Assembly: GCA_964016885.1 (NCBI GenBank)
Contig: OZ024742.1
Location: forward strand, 266,290,001-266,354,000
Reading direction: 5' to 3'
Origin: Eledone cirrhosa
Taxonomy: Eukaryota
DNA length: 64,000 bases
The notes beneath the pieces were generated by a model. The model was not told the DNA's origin and searched no databases. It saw only the letters and a list, made by a program, of their open reading frames with translations. Position numbers and translations under genes: made by a program. Shown here in pieces: positions 24,463-37,829 of the stretch (positions are counted from its first letter, which is position 1; every line of letters starts with the position of its first letter).

Positions 24463-25294
24463 TTTTTAGTTGTTTAGTTGCAGATCAACCCTGATTGAGC
24501 AATTTAATGATTATTCCTGCCATGACCTTCCTGTTTTTACGTAGGGTGTGATTCTGAGGGAAATTTGGCTTCTATTTTTAGCAGGCTTAGTGACATTGTA
24601 GAGGGTCCCTTGCCAGCTCATCTTGTAATTAATTTGTTATACAATGTGTCTAATTACTGTGTTGTCAATTTTATGTGTATGTGTGTGGGCACAGTTATGG
24701 CCAAGTGGTGAGGAAGTAAAATGATGATCAAATGTTAGTAACTCAAAATATTCAAGTACAGTTACCCTATAACATAGTTACTAATCTTGAAAAGAAAATG
24801 AAAGCTTATGTAAAATAATTGTTTATTGAATACAGTACAGTTGTTTAAACAATGTTTTATGTAATAACAAAATTTGTTTTCACTCTAACATAGCGGATAT
24901 GTAAATGCAATAACCCTAAAACAATTGTCGATTGTATCTCTCTGCTACCAATAGAACAAAAGGAAGATGATAGTCATCTAAAACACATAGCATTATGAGG
25001 CTGTTTGCATGCAAACAAATCAAATATTAATAATGTTATTATAATATTTTTATTATTCAGTATAAAACTCATGAATGCATTAATGTTTATGTACTTTTAG
25101 ATAAATAATTATCAACAGTTTTATTTTTTTTAAATCTTATCTTAGATTCTGCTTTGACAAGCCTTTAGACTGGCCAAACAATCATGTTTTGATGGAAATT
25201 TTTATATCTATCTATTATGTGTTGTTTAACCACATGCAGTAAATGTTTTGTTTCTTTTCTCAAGTCCTCCCTTCAGTTCATTAGATTTATCAGC

Positions 25295-27340
25295 TGTATC
25301 ACTGACGCTGATAAGAAGGTAGCTTGGAAGTGTCACTACGAAAGGCTACTAAATGAGGAGAATAAATGGGAGAAAGACAGTCTCCCCCACATCGATCCAA
25401 TAGAGGGACCAGCAGTGCTAGTTGAAGGTAGTATAATAAGTAAGGCAATCAAAGATATGAAGACGGGTAAGGCGGCTGGGCCTTTGGAAATAGTTGCTGA
25501 AATGCTGAAAGCATCTGGAATGGTGGGACACACTATGGTCACCCGGATAGTAAACCAAGTCATACAGAATGGGGCCGTTCCGAAGGACTGGCGTAGCAGC
25601 ATCATCATTAACTGCTACAAGGGTAATGCAGTTCGGGTTTGTGTCAGGTAAAAGTACCACAGACGCTCTTTTCATTGTACAACAACTACAGGAGAAGTAC
25701 CTAGCTAAAAGTAAACCCCTATACTTAGCTTTTGTTGACTTGGAGAAAGCCTTTGACAGAGTCCCCCGCTCCATTATCTGGTGGGCGCTTAGAAAACTAG
25801 GTGTTGATGAATGGCTTGTGAGAGCTATACAAGCCATGTATAAAGAAACAGTCAGCAAGGTTAGAATTAACAACGAATATAGTGAAGAGTTTAGCGTAAA
25901 AGTTGGTGTTCATCAGGGCTCCGTTCTTAGCCCCCTACTATTTATTATTGCCCTTCAGGCTATAACAGAGGAGTTCAAGACCAGCTGCCCATGGGAACTC
26001 CTATATGCAGATGATCTAACGCTCATAGCTGAATCAATGGCTGAACTAGAGAAGAAATTCCAAACATGGAAGCATGGCCTAGAATCAAAAGGCCTTAAAG
26101 TTAACTTGTCTAAGACTAAAGTTCTAGTTTGTAGGAAGGAAAATAGGGCACCGGTCCCATCTGGGAAATGGCCATGCTCAGTGTGTAGGAAAGGAGTAGG
26201 CAGAAACTCCATTTTATGTCCCAAATGCAAAGTATGAGTGCATAAAAGATGTAGTGGGATCACAGGTAAGCTAACTAAGAATATAGATTTTATATGTGGC
26301 CGGTGCTCTGGTGCAATAAGTAGCAGCAAGTGCCCACAGAATACTAGCTCATTCCATTGCACAGATGGTTCTATAGAAATAGTGGACACCTTCCGTTACC
26401 TGGGTGACAAAATCAGCAGTGGGGGAGGGTGCTCTGAAAGTACAGTAGCTAGAGTCAGAACGGGATGGAAAAAGTTCAGAGAGCTTATACCACTATTGGC
26501 CGCTAAAGGGTTCTCTCTAAAAATGAAAGGCAGGCTGTATGATGCCTGGATATGAACAGCAATGTTACATGGCAGTGAGACCTGGGCATTGTGTGCAGAG
26601 GATATACGCAGACTGGAGAGAAACGAAGCTTGCATGCTCCGCTGGATGTGTAATAGTAATATACGTGAACGGCAAAGCATAAACGAACTAAGGGAGAAAT
26701 TAGGAATAAGAGGGATCAGATGTTGTTTACTCGAGAGAAGACTACGTTGGTACGGTCACGTGATGCGCATGAAAGACGACAGCTGTATAAAAAAGTGCGG
26801 GGTGATAAAAATAGACGGTATCCACGGAGTAGGCAGAACCAGAAAAACCTGGGACGACTTGATAAATTCCGACCTCACACACTTACACCTCTCCAAGACA
26901 ATGTCACTGGACCGAGATCTTTGGCGCTACACAGTCATACAGAAGACCCGCCTTGCCTAAGTACAAAGCGAAACCTACAGCCAGTAGGCATCTCTAACAA
27001 AATACACCCCTGTCCCACTACCCCCACCCCATCCACACCACCCCCTTAAATGTGAAGTTATGTTGGTACCACAACATCCAGTCCTAAATAAATGCGGTCG
27101 TGTAGGTGTCACGACAAAAAAACACACAGTCCACGCTGTAATGTGGCCGTGTAGGTAACACGGTAAAAACCTCCCAGTCCACACTGTAAACGTGGTTGGT
27201 GTTAGGAAGGGCATCCAGCTGTAGAAAACCCGCCAGACAGTCCTATACGAGCAGGACAACAAATCTTGCCTCAAGTGGGAAAACTCCCGTCCAAACCCAT
27301 GCAAGCGTGGAAGATGGACGTTAAACGATAATGATGATGA
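25295..27340 (+). mobile_element. 5'-truncated RTE-clade LINE (RT, Cys/His finger, 3' UTR, (ATG)n tail) with an internal deletion and stops
   Basis: QFGF..STTDALF, FVDLEKAFDRVP, GVHQGSVLSPLLF, LLYADD, WPCSVC..CPKC..HKRC, FRYLG, RLRWYGHVMR. Stops at ~26235 and ~26553; frame junction at ~25625. Confidence 0.95.
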
Positions 27341-28035
27341 AGAGTGTCGGCATTAATGTCAAACACAACTGACTTTAAATTATGAAACATTCCATCCAAT
27401 TCTTTGATTGTGATTTCCTTTGGAACATTCTCTTCTTCATTTTCTATTTGTTCATTTTCTTCAAATGTGTATTGTTGTTTGACTATCATCAATCACTTGT
27501 CATGGGGTCAACAAAACTAACCCCTGTTTTAGAAGAGAAGATGGCCTTAAAGTGCTTCTTTCTCTCACCAATCACAAAGTCCCTGAAAAGAGCCATGGGC
27601 ACTGCACTTCCTAATCTGACTACATGATACAAAAAATAGTTATGAATAAATAATTATTATATTGTATTTTATGTATATAAAAAAAGATATGTCTCAGCTA
27701 TAAGTAAACAAAATACCAAGTTAGCAAAGAAGCAATCATTTTGTGAAGTGTTGAGTGAATTTGAATTTTGAAAGTATGCTAGCTTATTGTAATGTGATGT
27801 AATGCAGATTTGACTATTATAGTTGAACAAGTTGGGTATATAAACCTTATAGATGGAAACAAGTGGATAAAACCCTGTTCACTTTTTTCCATCTCTAGTT
27901 TATATGTTCAACTTTTTTGATTATTCAATACTTAAACCTGTGTTGTAGCAGCTTATAATAAGCTAACATACTTTCAACAGACCAAGTTAGATTTGAGACT
28001 ATTATTGTGTTTGCCATTTCTGTTTATTTTACTAG

Positions 28036-28233
28036 CTATTTCTGAGAGTTTAGAGAGAAAAGGTGTCCTGAACAAAGTGAAAGCTCAGATACGTGCTGAA
28101 ATGTTCCATGTGCTAGATGAACATTCAGAAACTAAACCACCAATATGCAACGAGAACCTGATCATCAATGAATTGATTTTAGAATATCTCCAGTACAACA
28201 AATACAAACACACCTCTTCAGTTCTTATGGCAG
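28036..28233 (+). CDS. CEP20: CEP20/FOPNL coding exon 2 (LisH domain)
   Basis: ttactag| acceptor, G|gtgaac donor. AISESLERKGVLNKVKAQIRAEMFHVLD...ENLIINELILEYLQYNKYKHTSSVLMA matches the FOP/FOR20 family. Confidence 0.95.
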
Positions 28234-28360
28234 GTGAACAATCCATGATTTATTTGTATTTATATATGTTTTTTGTTCATAATATTTTTAAGATTTGTTA
28301 TTTATTAACTATTGGTTTACTGTTTCTTCTTCCTGGCTTGATTTAATGTCACCCCCTGGG

Positions 28361-28625
28361 TGAAGGTGTGTGGCCTAGCGGTTAGGGAGTTGAACTTACA
28401 GTCATACTGCTGTGGGTTTGATACCTGGACTGGGTTGTGTGTTGTGTTCTAGAGCAAACTCAGCTGAAAATGAGTACCAGCAGTAGCTGGGGGTTTAACT
28501 CTGCAATGGACTAGCATCCTATCTAAGGGGAAGTATTGTACTCTCAGTCGCTTAACACCATGGGAACCAGGATAAGCCCTGACCTGATGAACCTCCAGGC
28601 TTGTGACTGATTTTAGACTTTTAGA
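28361..28625 (+). mobile_element. Old tRNA-derived SINE with a conserved central domain (Nin/Deu-like)
   Basis: A box tggcctagcgg, degenerate B box gggtttgatac, central ctgcaatggactagcatcct...ctctcagtcgct...aaccaggataagc. Confidence 0.65.
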
Positions 28626-28636
28626 CTGGTGGTTTG

Positions 28637-28990
28637 TCTAACCTGTCACCTGGTCCTTGAGTAGTAGGTCTAACCTATCACCTGGTCCTTAGGTCGTAGG
28701 TCTAACCTATCACCTGGTCCTTAGATCGTAGGTCTAACCTATCACCTGGTCCTTAGGTCGTAGGTCTAACCTATCACCTGGTCCTTAGGTCGTAGGTCTA
28801 ACCTATCACCTGGTCCTTAGGTCGTAGGTCTAACCTATCACCTGGTTCTTAGGTTGTAGGTCTAACCTATCACCTGGTCCTTAGGTCGTAGGTCTAACCT
28901 ATCACCTGGTTCTTAGGTTGTAGGTTTAACCTATCACCTGGTCCTTGGGTCATTGGTCTAACTCCTCATCTGGTCCTTTTGTCATATGTC
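28637..28990. repeat. 32-bp minisatellite x~11 (tctaacctatcacctggtccttaggtcgtagg)
   Basis: Direct inspection; units at 28701, 28733 and onwards. Confidence 0.95.
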
Positions 28991-29476
28991 TAATACAACA
29001 CCTCATTTAATGCTAGCACCTACCTAATCTATAGGTGCTATGCCTAACATGTCTAGCAAGATATGAGTGACTGTCACAATAATAAAGACCCAAGGATGAC
29101 AAAGTGTTAGTGTTAAACCAAGTGACCATCATCATTATCATCAATGCTTGCATACATTGGATGAGACTTTTTTGAGGAAGTATTCTATGGCTGGATACTC
29201 TTCCTGATGTCAACTCTTGTTTTTAAGTAAGTTACTAATCTTAGCACAAAAAATCACTGAGCTACATGCCATAAACAAATATCACCACCTGCACAAGTGG
29301 TGTCAAATTATAAGTGAATACACACATAAGCACATAGACCCCCCCCCCCACATACACACACACACACTCACATGTGTGCAGAAAGTTCAGTAAATCCAAA
29401 GAAAACTGGTGAGAGAACCAAGGTCAGCACTTGATGCAGAGCAGAGTGTATACAATAAGAACAAAGTGGAGATGTT

Positions 29477-29797
29477 ACATAGGAGATTTATTGCTCAATC
29501 CTGGTTACAAATGTTTCTTAAGCAGCTGGCTCATGATCTGGCACTCCCAGACCAGACTGCAAGACTGCCTGATCCTAGATAGGAGCATCTGTTGAATTCT
29601 AGGCCCGTGTTTGGTCATTCTATATGCTTGTTTGTGTTTTTGCTGGTTTGTCCACAGATTTGATGTGATTTTTGCTGAGTTAACACTGGTCTGAGGATCA
29701 GACAGACTTGGAGTCTGGTCTGGGGGTGCCATCCCAGATCACAAGCCAGCTGCTTGAGAAAGATTTGTAACCAGGATTGAGCAACACATCTCCTATG
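29477..29797. mobile_element. ~320-bp foldback MITE inserted into an RTE 3' remnant (~29400-29990)
   Basis: acataggagatttattgctcaatcctggttacaaat versus atttgtaaccaggattgagcaacacatctcctatgt; arms about 100 bp. Confidence 0.8.
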
Positions 29798-30239
29798 TGC
29801 CAAGAAATCTCAGTAGAAGGAAGACGCAGTAGAGGTAGACCACGAAAAACATGGTGAGAGCAGACCTCAGATCGCTGAAACTCACCAAGGAGATGACAAA
29901 GGACTGTGACAAGTGGAGAGATGCTGTGCTGAATAGGACCCATCCAACCCTTGCAAGCAGGGAAAAGCGGACGTAAAATGATGATGATGATATATATATA
30001 TATATATAGTCCACACTCTAATGTGGTTGACATTAGGAATGGCATCCAGCTGTAGAAACCAAGCTAAAATACAGGTCTGAATGAGCAAGACATGGTCACC
30101 TGACCTGAATTGTCTCATAATGTGACAACCCGTTTAACCCATGCAAGCATAGAAAAATAGGCATTAATGATGATGATGATGATGATAACAAGCTTCCTTA
30201 TAGTTTTCCTTAATGTTATTATTTATTGGCTTGTTAGAT

Positions 30240-30440
30240 GGTGGATTGGCAGTATCAGTAGTGCGTTGTAGAACGTTTTGTGGTATGTTGTTACAACCCT
30301 TTACATTTTGAGTTCAAATGCTGCCGAGGTTAGCTTTGCCTTTCATCCTTACAAGATCGATGCACTGGGGTTGATTTAATCAACTTTCTCCTCCCCCAAA
30401 ATTGTTGGCCTTGTGCCTAGCTCAGAAACCATTATTTATT
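30240..30440 (+). mobile_element. SINE-like repeat (family also arrayed at 55365-56115)
   Basis: ggattggcagtatc...gagttcaaat...tttgcctttcatcc...ggccttgtgcc...attatt. Confidence 0.8.
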
Positions 30441-30464
30441 GGCTTGTTTCAACTATTGTTACAG

Positions 30465-30549
30465 AGGCTGGTCAGTCTGAAACTCGTTTAGACCGAGAAT
30501 TCATCAAGAATGAATTGAATGTTACTGAAGATTTGGAAACCAGTAGTGT
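30465..30549 (+). CDS. CEP20: CEP20/FOPNL coding exon 3
   Basis: ttacag| acceptor, |gtaagt donor. EAGQSETRLDREFIKNELNVTEDLETSSV resembles vertebrate ESGQPVVPLDRQFLIHELN. Confidence 0.92.
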
Positions 30550-30740
30550 GTAAGTATCTGTTGAGTTTCTGTGGTGTTAATTGACATAAATAACTATTGG
30601 TAAAGTGGTCAGTCTAAAAGTAACCCCAATTGTGAAAATTTGGCTGTTTTAATCCTGAATTGAACTGTTTTCATGTTATATGATAAGATGATCAGTTATA
30701 TGATATTGTGGTGGTGGCAGGTGTGTTAATTACCAATAGT

Positions 30741-31375
30741 AATGATTTCTAATGTAAGCACAAGGCCAGAAATTTGGAGGGAGGTGAAATCGATTATATT
30801 GACCTCAGTATTTGACTGGTACTTTATTTTATATACGTCAGAAGGATCAAAAGCAAAGTCAACCTCAGCCACATTTGAACTGATAACTAGAACAAATGCA
30901 GCAAGAGTATTTTGTTTGACACTCTAATGGTTTTACCAATCTGCTGCCCTTTTGGCAATAATAATTCTTTTTAACATTGGCACAAGCCCAGCAATTTAGG
31001 GAGGTGGAAAGTTGATTATATCAACCCCAGTACTTAACTGGTACTTTATTTTATTGATCTCAGAAAGATAAAAGGTAAAGTTGATCTCGGTGAGATTTGA
31101 ACTCAGAACATGGAAAGTTATAACTAAATTCTGCAAAGCATTTTGCCTGATGCTCTACCAATACTGCTACTTTGGCAATTATAATAGTTGTTTCTACTTT
31201 TGGCCCAAGGCCAGCAATTTGAAGGGAAGGAGAAAGTCAATTAAATCAATCCCAATGCATTACTGGTACTTTATTCCCCCAATCATCCATAAGGATGAAA
31301 GGCAAAGCTAAACTCAATGGAATTTGAACTCAGAATGTAAAGAGCCAAAACAAATACTGCTAAGCATTTGTCTGA
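30741..31375 (-). mobile_element. Three head-to-tail copies of the SINE-like family
   Basis: Three repeats of gcacaaggccagcaattt...tggtactttatt...aaaggcaaag...tttgaactc. Confidence 0.8.
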
Positions 31376-32252
31376 AAAAAGAAATATTGCTAATAATAAT
31401 AACAAGAACAAATAACTTTCTAACATTGGTACAATGAGTTGGGTGGGGATATAGTTGGCTGAATTAATCACTGATTCTGGTAATTGCCTTGTACTTACTT
31501 TATCAGTTGTGGAGTCATGATTTTGATGTTGTTTTGCCCCAGATCAGCCTTGATTCTGCAGACCTATGATCAAAAGAATTGACCATGCCATTTTTATTGA
31601 AGTATCTGGCAATATATTATCCAATGTATCTTCTTGTTTTTATACTTTAGGGGATAAGGTCTGGTGACTAGGTAGATGTTCTCTAAATAAAGGTGAACCT
31701 GGCAGGGTTCAAATTGAGAAAATCAACAAATAAAAAGTAAATATTGTAAGATGTGTAGCATAGTGTTCTACTCAGTCTGATACTAAACAACTTATTAACT
31801 TATATCAGTCTATAACAGACTTGTCCAACCCATGCTAGCATAGAAAAACATAAAATGATGATGATAATGATCATAAGACATATAATGCAGTGCATTGCCT
31901 GGTCCTCTACTAAACAACTTATTAATTTACCTCTATCTATTAGGCACAATATTATTAGCCATAATATAATGTTCTCGCTGGACTAACAAATTACTCACTA
32001 ATTCATCTCAATTTATTACAGACAATATTTTCTATTTGAAATGTAGTCATCCTGACACAAATAACTATACTAATAGTCGGTCATTATAAAAAATAAAGAA
32101 AATCGAGTAAAGTATCCCTGGAGATGAAAAATTGAGGACAGGAGTCAATCAGATGTTCAATGTTTTTTTGTATTTTGTTGCTTATCAATAGCTTTGTTCA
32201 GTTGAGGAGAATGAAAATCAGCATCACTAAACTTTATTTTTCATTTTTGCAG

Positions 32253-32340
32253 ACCATTGCTGTATTCTTTAGTTAATTTCTTTCTACAACAAAAGACTAG
32301 TGCCAAAACCAAAATCACAAAGAAAGAAACATGGCAGTGA
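32253..32340 (+). CDS. CEP20: CEP20/FOPNL terminal coding exon 4
   Basis: tttttgcag| acceptor; (V)PLLYSLVNFFLQQKTSAKTKITKKETWQ* contains the conserved PLLY motif. The total CDS is 399 bp = 132 aa. Confidence 0.92.
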
Positions 32341-32969
32341 GTTCCAAGATTTGTCTATATTTGATGGCAGTCAAGCACTGGTGTGAAACGAAATTTGTCA
32401 GAGGGTTTTAAGAGAAGAAATCTATAATATAAAGAAAAGTTATCTCTCTGTGTGTCCAGATTGTACTCAAATTAGCAAATGAACTCTCACAGAACTACAT
32501 ATTTGTATTCACTACATCACCAGACAAGTCATGGTAAAAACTGTTTTGTTTTACAAAACAAGCAATGTATTTTAAATTCAATTGTACATATTTCCGATGC
32601 ATATAAAAAAAAAAATCTGGCCATTTCGTTTTGCAACTAACTATCTTTCTCCATTCTGGAGTGAACGAGAGAGAAAGTGGAGAGCAAAAGGATGAGAGAG
32701 GGAGAGAGAAAAGATAGGAGAGAAAAAGAAAGAGAAAGGACGAGAGGTAGTGAAAGAATAACGGAGTGAAAATCTTAGAGAAGAGGAAATATATAGTAAA
32801 AGAAAGATACACACTTCAAGAGAGAGAAAATTTATTTAAATTTTTAAGAAATGGGAAAACTTTGTTTGCAAAAGTCAGTTGAGGCAGCATTCTTTGATCA
32901 CAAAGCTACATATGTAAATGTTCATATGTATGTATATTTGTGTTGCTACTTACATATACGTACATATAA

Positions 32970-33040
<71 letters not shown>

Positions 33041-33210
33041 GGTTGGTGTTAGGAAGGGCATCCAACCCTAAAAACCTAGCCAAAGTACAGATCTCTATGA
33101 GGAAGATGTAGTCACCTGACCTGTCTTCTTTCATAATGTGACAACACATCTAACCCATGCAAATGTAGAAAACTGGACATTAAGTGATGAGTATGATGAT
33201 AATATATATC

Positions 33211-33242
<32 letters not shown>

Positions 33243-33249
33243 TAAATAT

Positions 33250-34650
33250 ATATGATTCATCATATTCATTTTTCCATGCTTGCATGGGTTGGGCAGGTCT
33301 TTCTTGGTACAGCATCTCTCCCCTCTTCACGTTGCTTCATCAACTCCTTTGTGAATCTCAGCTCTCACCACCTCTGCCCAACTCTTTCTTGGTCTACCTC
33401 TACTGCATCTTCCATCCACAGTCGTTTCCTAGCACGTCTTCATCCATCGATCATCATCCATACACATCACATGTCCACACAAATGCAGTCATCTTTCCTG
33501 CACACCACCTTCGATTCCTCTTAAACATGGCTTCTCCCTCAACTCACCCAAGCTCTGCCTTTCTCTCACACTTATATAGCACATCCAATGAAACATGGCT
33601 GCTTCATTTCTCTCAGTCTACGCATGTCCTCTGTAGCCATTCCCCCATGTTTTCCTATCATGAAGCATCGTACTTCAAATGCAGGTGTCATATAGTTGTC
33701 CATTTGTTTGCAGGGAGAAACCTTTTGTAGTCAACAGTGGGAGTAGCTCTCTAAACATTTTCCATCCTAACCTTATTCTAGCTATTATACTCTCACAGCA
33801 CCCTCCTCCGCTCCTAATTATGTTACCTAGATAGCAGAAGATACCAACCACTTCTATCGACCCTTCCTGAGACTTGAAAAGGTTTATATCACTGGCACTC
33901 TTTCTCTCAATTACTCTTGTGCATCTTCTACATATAAAGTCTTCCTTTCCTACCCATTATCCCACTACACCTCTTGTGTACCCAAGATTTATATTGTGTA
34001 CATCATATTGAGTTTATGCCAACTCCTTTTCTACATATTGACAGGGCCATGATTCCAAATTTAGTGTCTATAATCAGAATTTATTTTCTAGTTCTTTTTT
34101 GGTTTTAGCTATGAGGACAAAATCATCCAAATTCTGTTTCCATAGCCGGAACTTATTTTCTAGTTCTTTTATGGATTCAGCTATAAGGACCAAGTCATCT
34201 GCATAGAGAAGTTCCCATGGACAGCCAGTTTTAACCTCCTCTGTAATGGCCTGGAGAACTATGATGAACAACAGTGAGCTAAGAACTGAAACTTGATGAA
34301 CTTCTACCTGTACCTTGAATTCTTCACTAAACTTACTTCCTACTCTCATGTTACTGACAGCTCCTCTGTACATGGCTTGCACTGCTCTCACAATCCATAT
34401 TTGTACTCTTAATTTCTTTAAGGACCACCAGATAACAGATCCAGGTACTCTGTCAAAGTCCTTTTCTAGAATAATAAAGGCTAAATATAGCAACTTATTC
34501 TTGACTAGGAACTTCTCTTGTAGTCTCACTAACAAGAAGGCATCTGTAATACTTTTCCCAACCGTAAACCCAAACTGCATCTCACCTAATTAGCTGTGCT
34601 ACAATTCTTTCCTTCATTTTCATAACTTGATCCATTAGTTTTATTCCTCT
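33250..34650 (-). mobile_element. Decayed RTE LINE (RT to 3' UTR)
   Basis: ORF 34074-34580 QFGF..DRVP..LSSLLF..LLYADD; reverse (ATG)n-type tail at ~33255. Confidence 0.9.
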
Positions 34651-35324
34651 GCTGTAAAATTTCTATTACATAACTTGAAGGATCCAGGATAACCAGAAGT
34701 TTAATCTGAACTGAACTATCACAAGGGATAATTCTTCAAAAGTTGTCTCCCTTGTCATGCAACTCCTGACATCTGCCACAGAATCCAGCTGGCTCATAAA
34801 TACTTCTGTTCACACTATAACCATATATGAGTTGAATCCTTTGGGTGAAACGCGTGTTCTCAAGTATGGTTTGTGAACTCGTCTTTTGGACTGAGTGCTC
34901 TACCAACTTTGGATATAACCTCCCATTTTTTTACCACTATAAATATATATATATATACCAAGCTAGTGTGGAAATGGATGTTAAATGATGAGCACTTGCA
35001 CTCTACCAATATCATAGGAAACCATCATCATCATCATCAGTTTACGTCCGCTGGGTGGAACAAAACCATATATCTAATAATTTGCAGAGAACAAAACAAT
35101 ATAATCAGGCTAAAAAATCAGACACACAGAATAAGTATTATACTTACATTGCCACTAAGCTTTTATAAAGCCTATATGGTACTATTTCATGCAGCAAAAA
35201 TCATCAACATTTACCTTTGAATAACATTGGCAAATGGTGAAACAAAAACTAGCAATCATTCGTAGGTATCTAGAAAAATATTAGATCTCAGAGAACGAGA
35301 GGCCAACCATTGCTTAGGCCACAT

Positions 35325-37205
35325 ATCATCACCGTTTAACGTCCATTTTCCATGCTAGCATGGGTTAAATGAGCTGTCCCGTTATGAGACAAGCCAGGTC
35401 AGATGACTGTGTTTTGCTCACATACAATTGATTTTGGCTTGGTTTCTACGTTTGGGTGTCCTTCCTAACGCCAACCACATTTACAGTGTGTACTGGGTGT
35501 TTTTTGTTGTGACACGAACTGTATGGGCACTTTTTGTCATATCACCAACATGACCACTTTACAGTGTAAACTGGGGAGGTACATGGGGATTAGCAAGATA
35601 GGTCTAGGGGCATGGGTGAGGGATCATGGTCCTGCGACATCGCCTTTGAGAGGTGCAATTGTGTAAGATCAGGTTATCACCTCATCCCATGTCTTCCTAG
35701 GTTTTTCTATTCCATAGCTTCCTTCAACTTTGAGCGCGCTGCAACTTTTTATACAGCTGTGATCCTTCATACGCATCACATATCCATACCAACACAATCT
35801 CCTCTCCTGCACACTGCATCAGATCTCTCTTATTATTACACATCCATCGAAACATGGAAGCTTCATTGCTTTCCACTCTTTACAGATCCTCTGCATACTG
35901 CCCAGGTCTCACTACCATGCAACATTGCTGTTCATATACACGCATCATAGAATCTGCCCTTCATTTTGAGGGAAAAACCTTTTGTAGTTAGCAGTGGTAA
36001 TAACTTCCTGAACTTTTTTCAGCCCGTTCTCACTCTGGCCCAGGTAACAGAAACTATCAATTACTTCTGCAGAGCCCCCTGGATATTTGAAGGAGCTTGT
36101 ATCCTGTAAACTCTTGCTACTTACTACAGCTGTGCATTGGCCACATGTAAAGACTACACTCTTTGCTAACCTGCCTGAGATCCCACTTCATCTTGTGTGT
36201 ACCCATAGCTTTCATTTGGGACATAGGATGGAATTTCTATCTACTCCTTTTCTGCACACTGAGCAAGGTCATTTCTCTGGGGGAATCTGGGCCCTGTTTT
36301 CCTTTCTACATACTAGGACTTTGGTCTTTGACATGTTAACTTTAAGACCTTTTCAGTATAGGTCATGCTTCCAGGTTTGGTACTTTTGCCATAGATTCAG
36401 CTGTAGTGGTTAAGTCATCTGCATACAGGAGTTCCAATGGGCAGCCAGTCTTATAGTCTGCAGGATGGTAATAAACATGAGAGGGCTAAGAACTGAGCCC
36501 TGATGGACACCAACCTTGTCATTGTTAATTCTGATCTTGCTGACTGTTCCTCTATGCATGGCTTGTACTGCCCTCACAAACCACTCGTCTACTCCTAGTT
36601 TTCTAAGAACTCACCAGTTAATGGAATGGGGTACTCTGTCAAAAGCTTTCTTCAGGTCCACAAAAGCAAAGTAGAGGGATTTACCTTTAGCTAGGTACTT
36701 CATCATCGTCGTCGTCACCATCATCATCATCATCATTATCATTGTTTAACATCAATTTTTCATGCTAGCATGGGTTAGATCAGATGTTTCATTGTGAGAC
36801 AAGTCAGATCAGATGACAGTGTCTTGCTCACACAGAACAGTTTCTGGCTTGGTTCCTACAGCTGGATGCCCTTTCTAACACCTACCACATTTACAGCATG
36901 GAATGGGTCTTCTTTATCATTGCACCAAAACAATCATCTGACAGGTTGGACAGGGTGTTTTTTGTCATGACACCAACACATCCACTTTACATTGTGGACA
37001 AGGGGCTGGGACAGGGGTGAGTAATGACATGGGTGGAGTGTTACGATGTTGGAGGTGTATGAAAGGGGAGAGAGGAAAGTAGTGCACACTAGATGTATGC
37101 TTCAACGCGGTAGTAACTCCCTGAACTTTCTCCATCCCGTTCTCACTCTGGCTACTGTACTTTTGGAACACCTACCTCCACTGCTAATTTGGTCACCCAG
37201 GTAAC
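35325..37205 (-). mobile_element. Two decayed RTE LINE fragments in tandem
   Basis: Reverse-strand RT motifs at 36000-36700 (FVDLKKAFDRVP, VGVHQGSVLSPL) and 3' UTRs with (CAT)n tails at ~35325 and ~36700-36745. Confidence 0.85.
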
Positions 37206-37829
37206 ACAAACTGTCACTGAGGGTTCTGTCAACAGAGCCCTCATTGTGTGTGTGTATGTCCTCCCCCCTTCTGTACACTGATGTAGAGTATACTTCAGTC
37301 GTATAACCGAAATGGATCCTAGCTGGTTTACTTGCACTGTGGTGGATTCCGTAATGTAGAACTTTCAGTATTCACTCCTACATCTCCATCCATTTAGAAT
37401 TAGGTCTTCTCGTTTGACTATTGTTTTTGTTTTTCCAGTCTCTCCCAGGTCGGCTACATTCGTTTATCTTCTGGAAGTCACCCTTTCAATCCTGCCCACC
37501 CCCACTTACCACCGTAGTTATTTGGTTCAATCAAAACTCAGCGGTTTTATAGTAAGGTTTCTAATGCTAATCTCTGTTGCAAGGCCGCTACTTCTTAAGC
37601 TTAGATCTAGGTGTTGTTCACTATGATAAATGGACTACGGAGTTGGAGAACCTGAACACTCACAACTCACAATGACAAAGATAAATTCACCTCCTGTTTC
37701 TGGGCGAGCATGCAAGCGCTCATCTTTATATCAGACATGGAAGCCCAAGACCAACATAATTCTGTCTCCCACACTCCTCCCTGTGCCTCCATCCCATCCC
37801 TTCCTCCATCCCAGCGAAATCTAAAAGTT

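Noticed and set aside
34821-34870. Hammerhead-like remnant (tgag..cctttggg tgaaacgcgtg..ctca)
   Set aside because: GAAACGCGT and flanking pairing are present but the CUGANGA box is missing; at most a dead relic.
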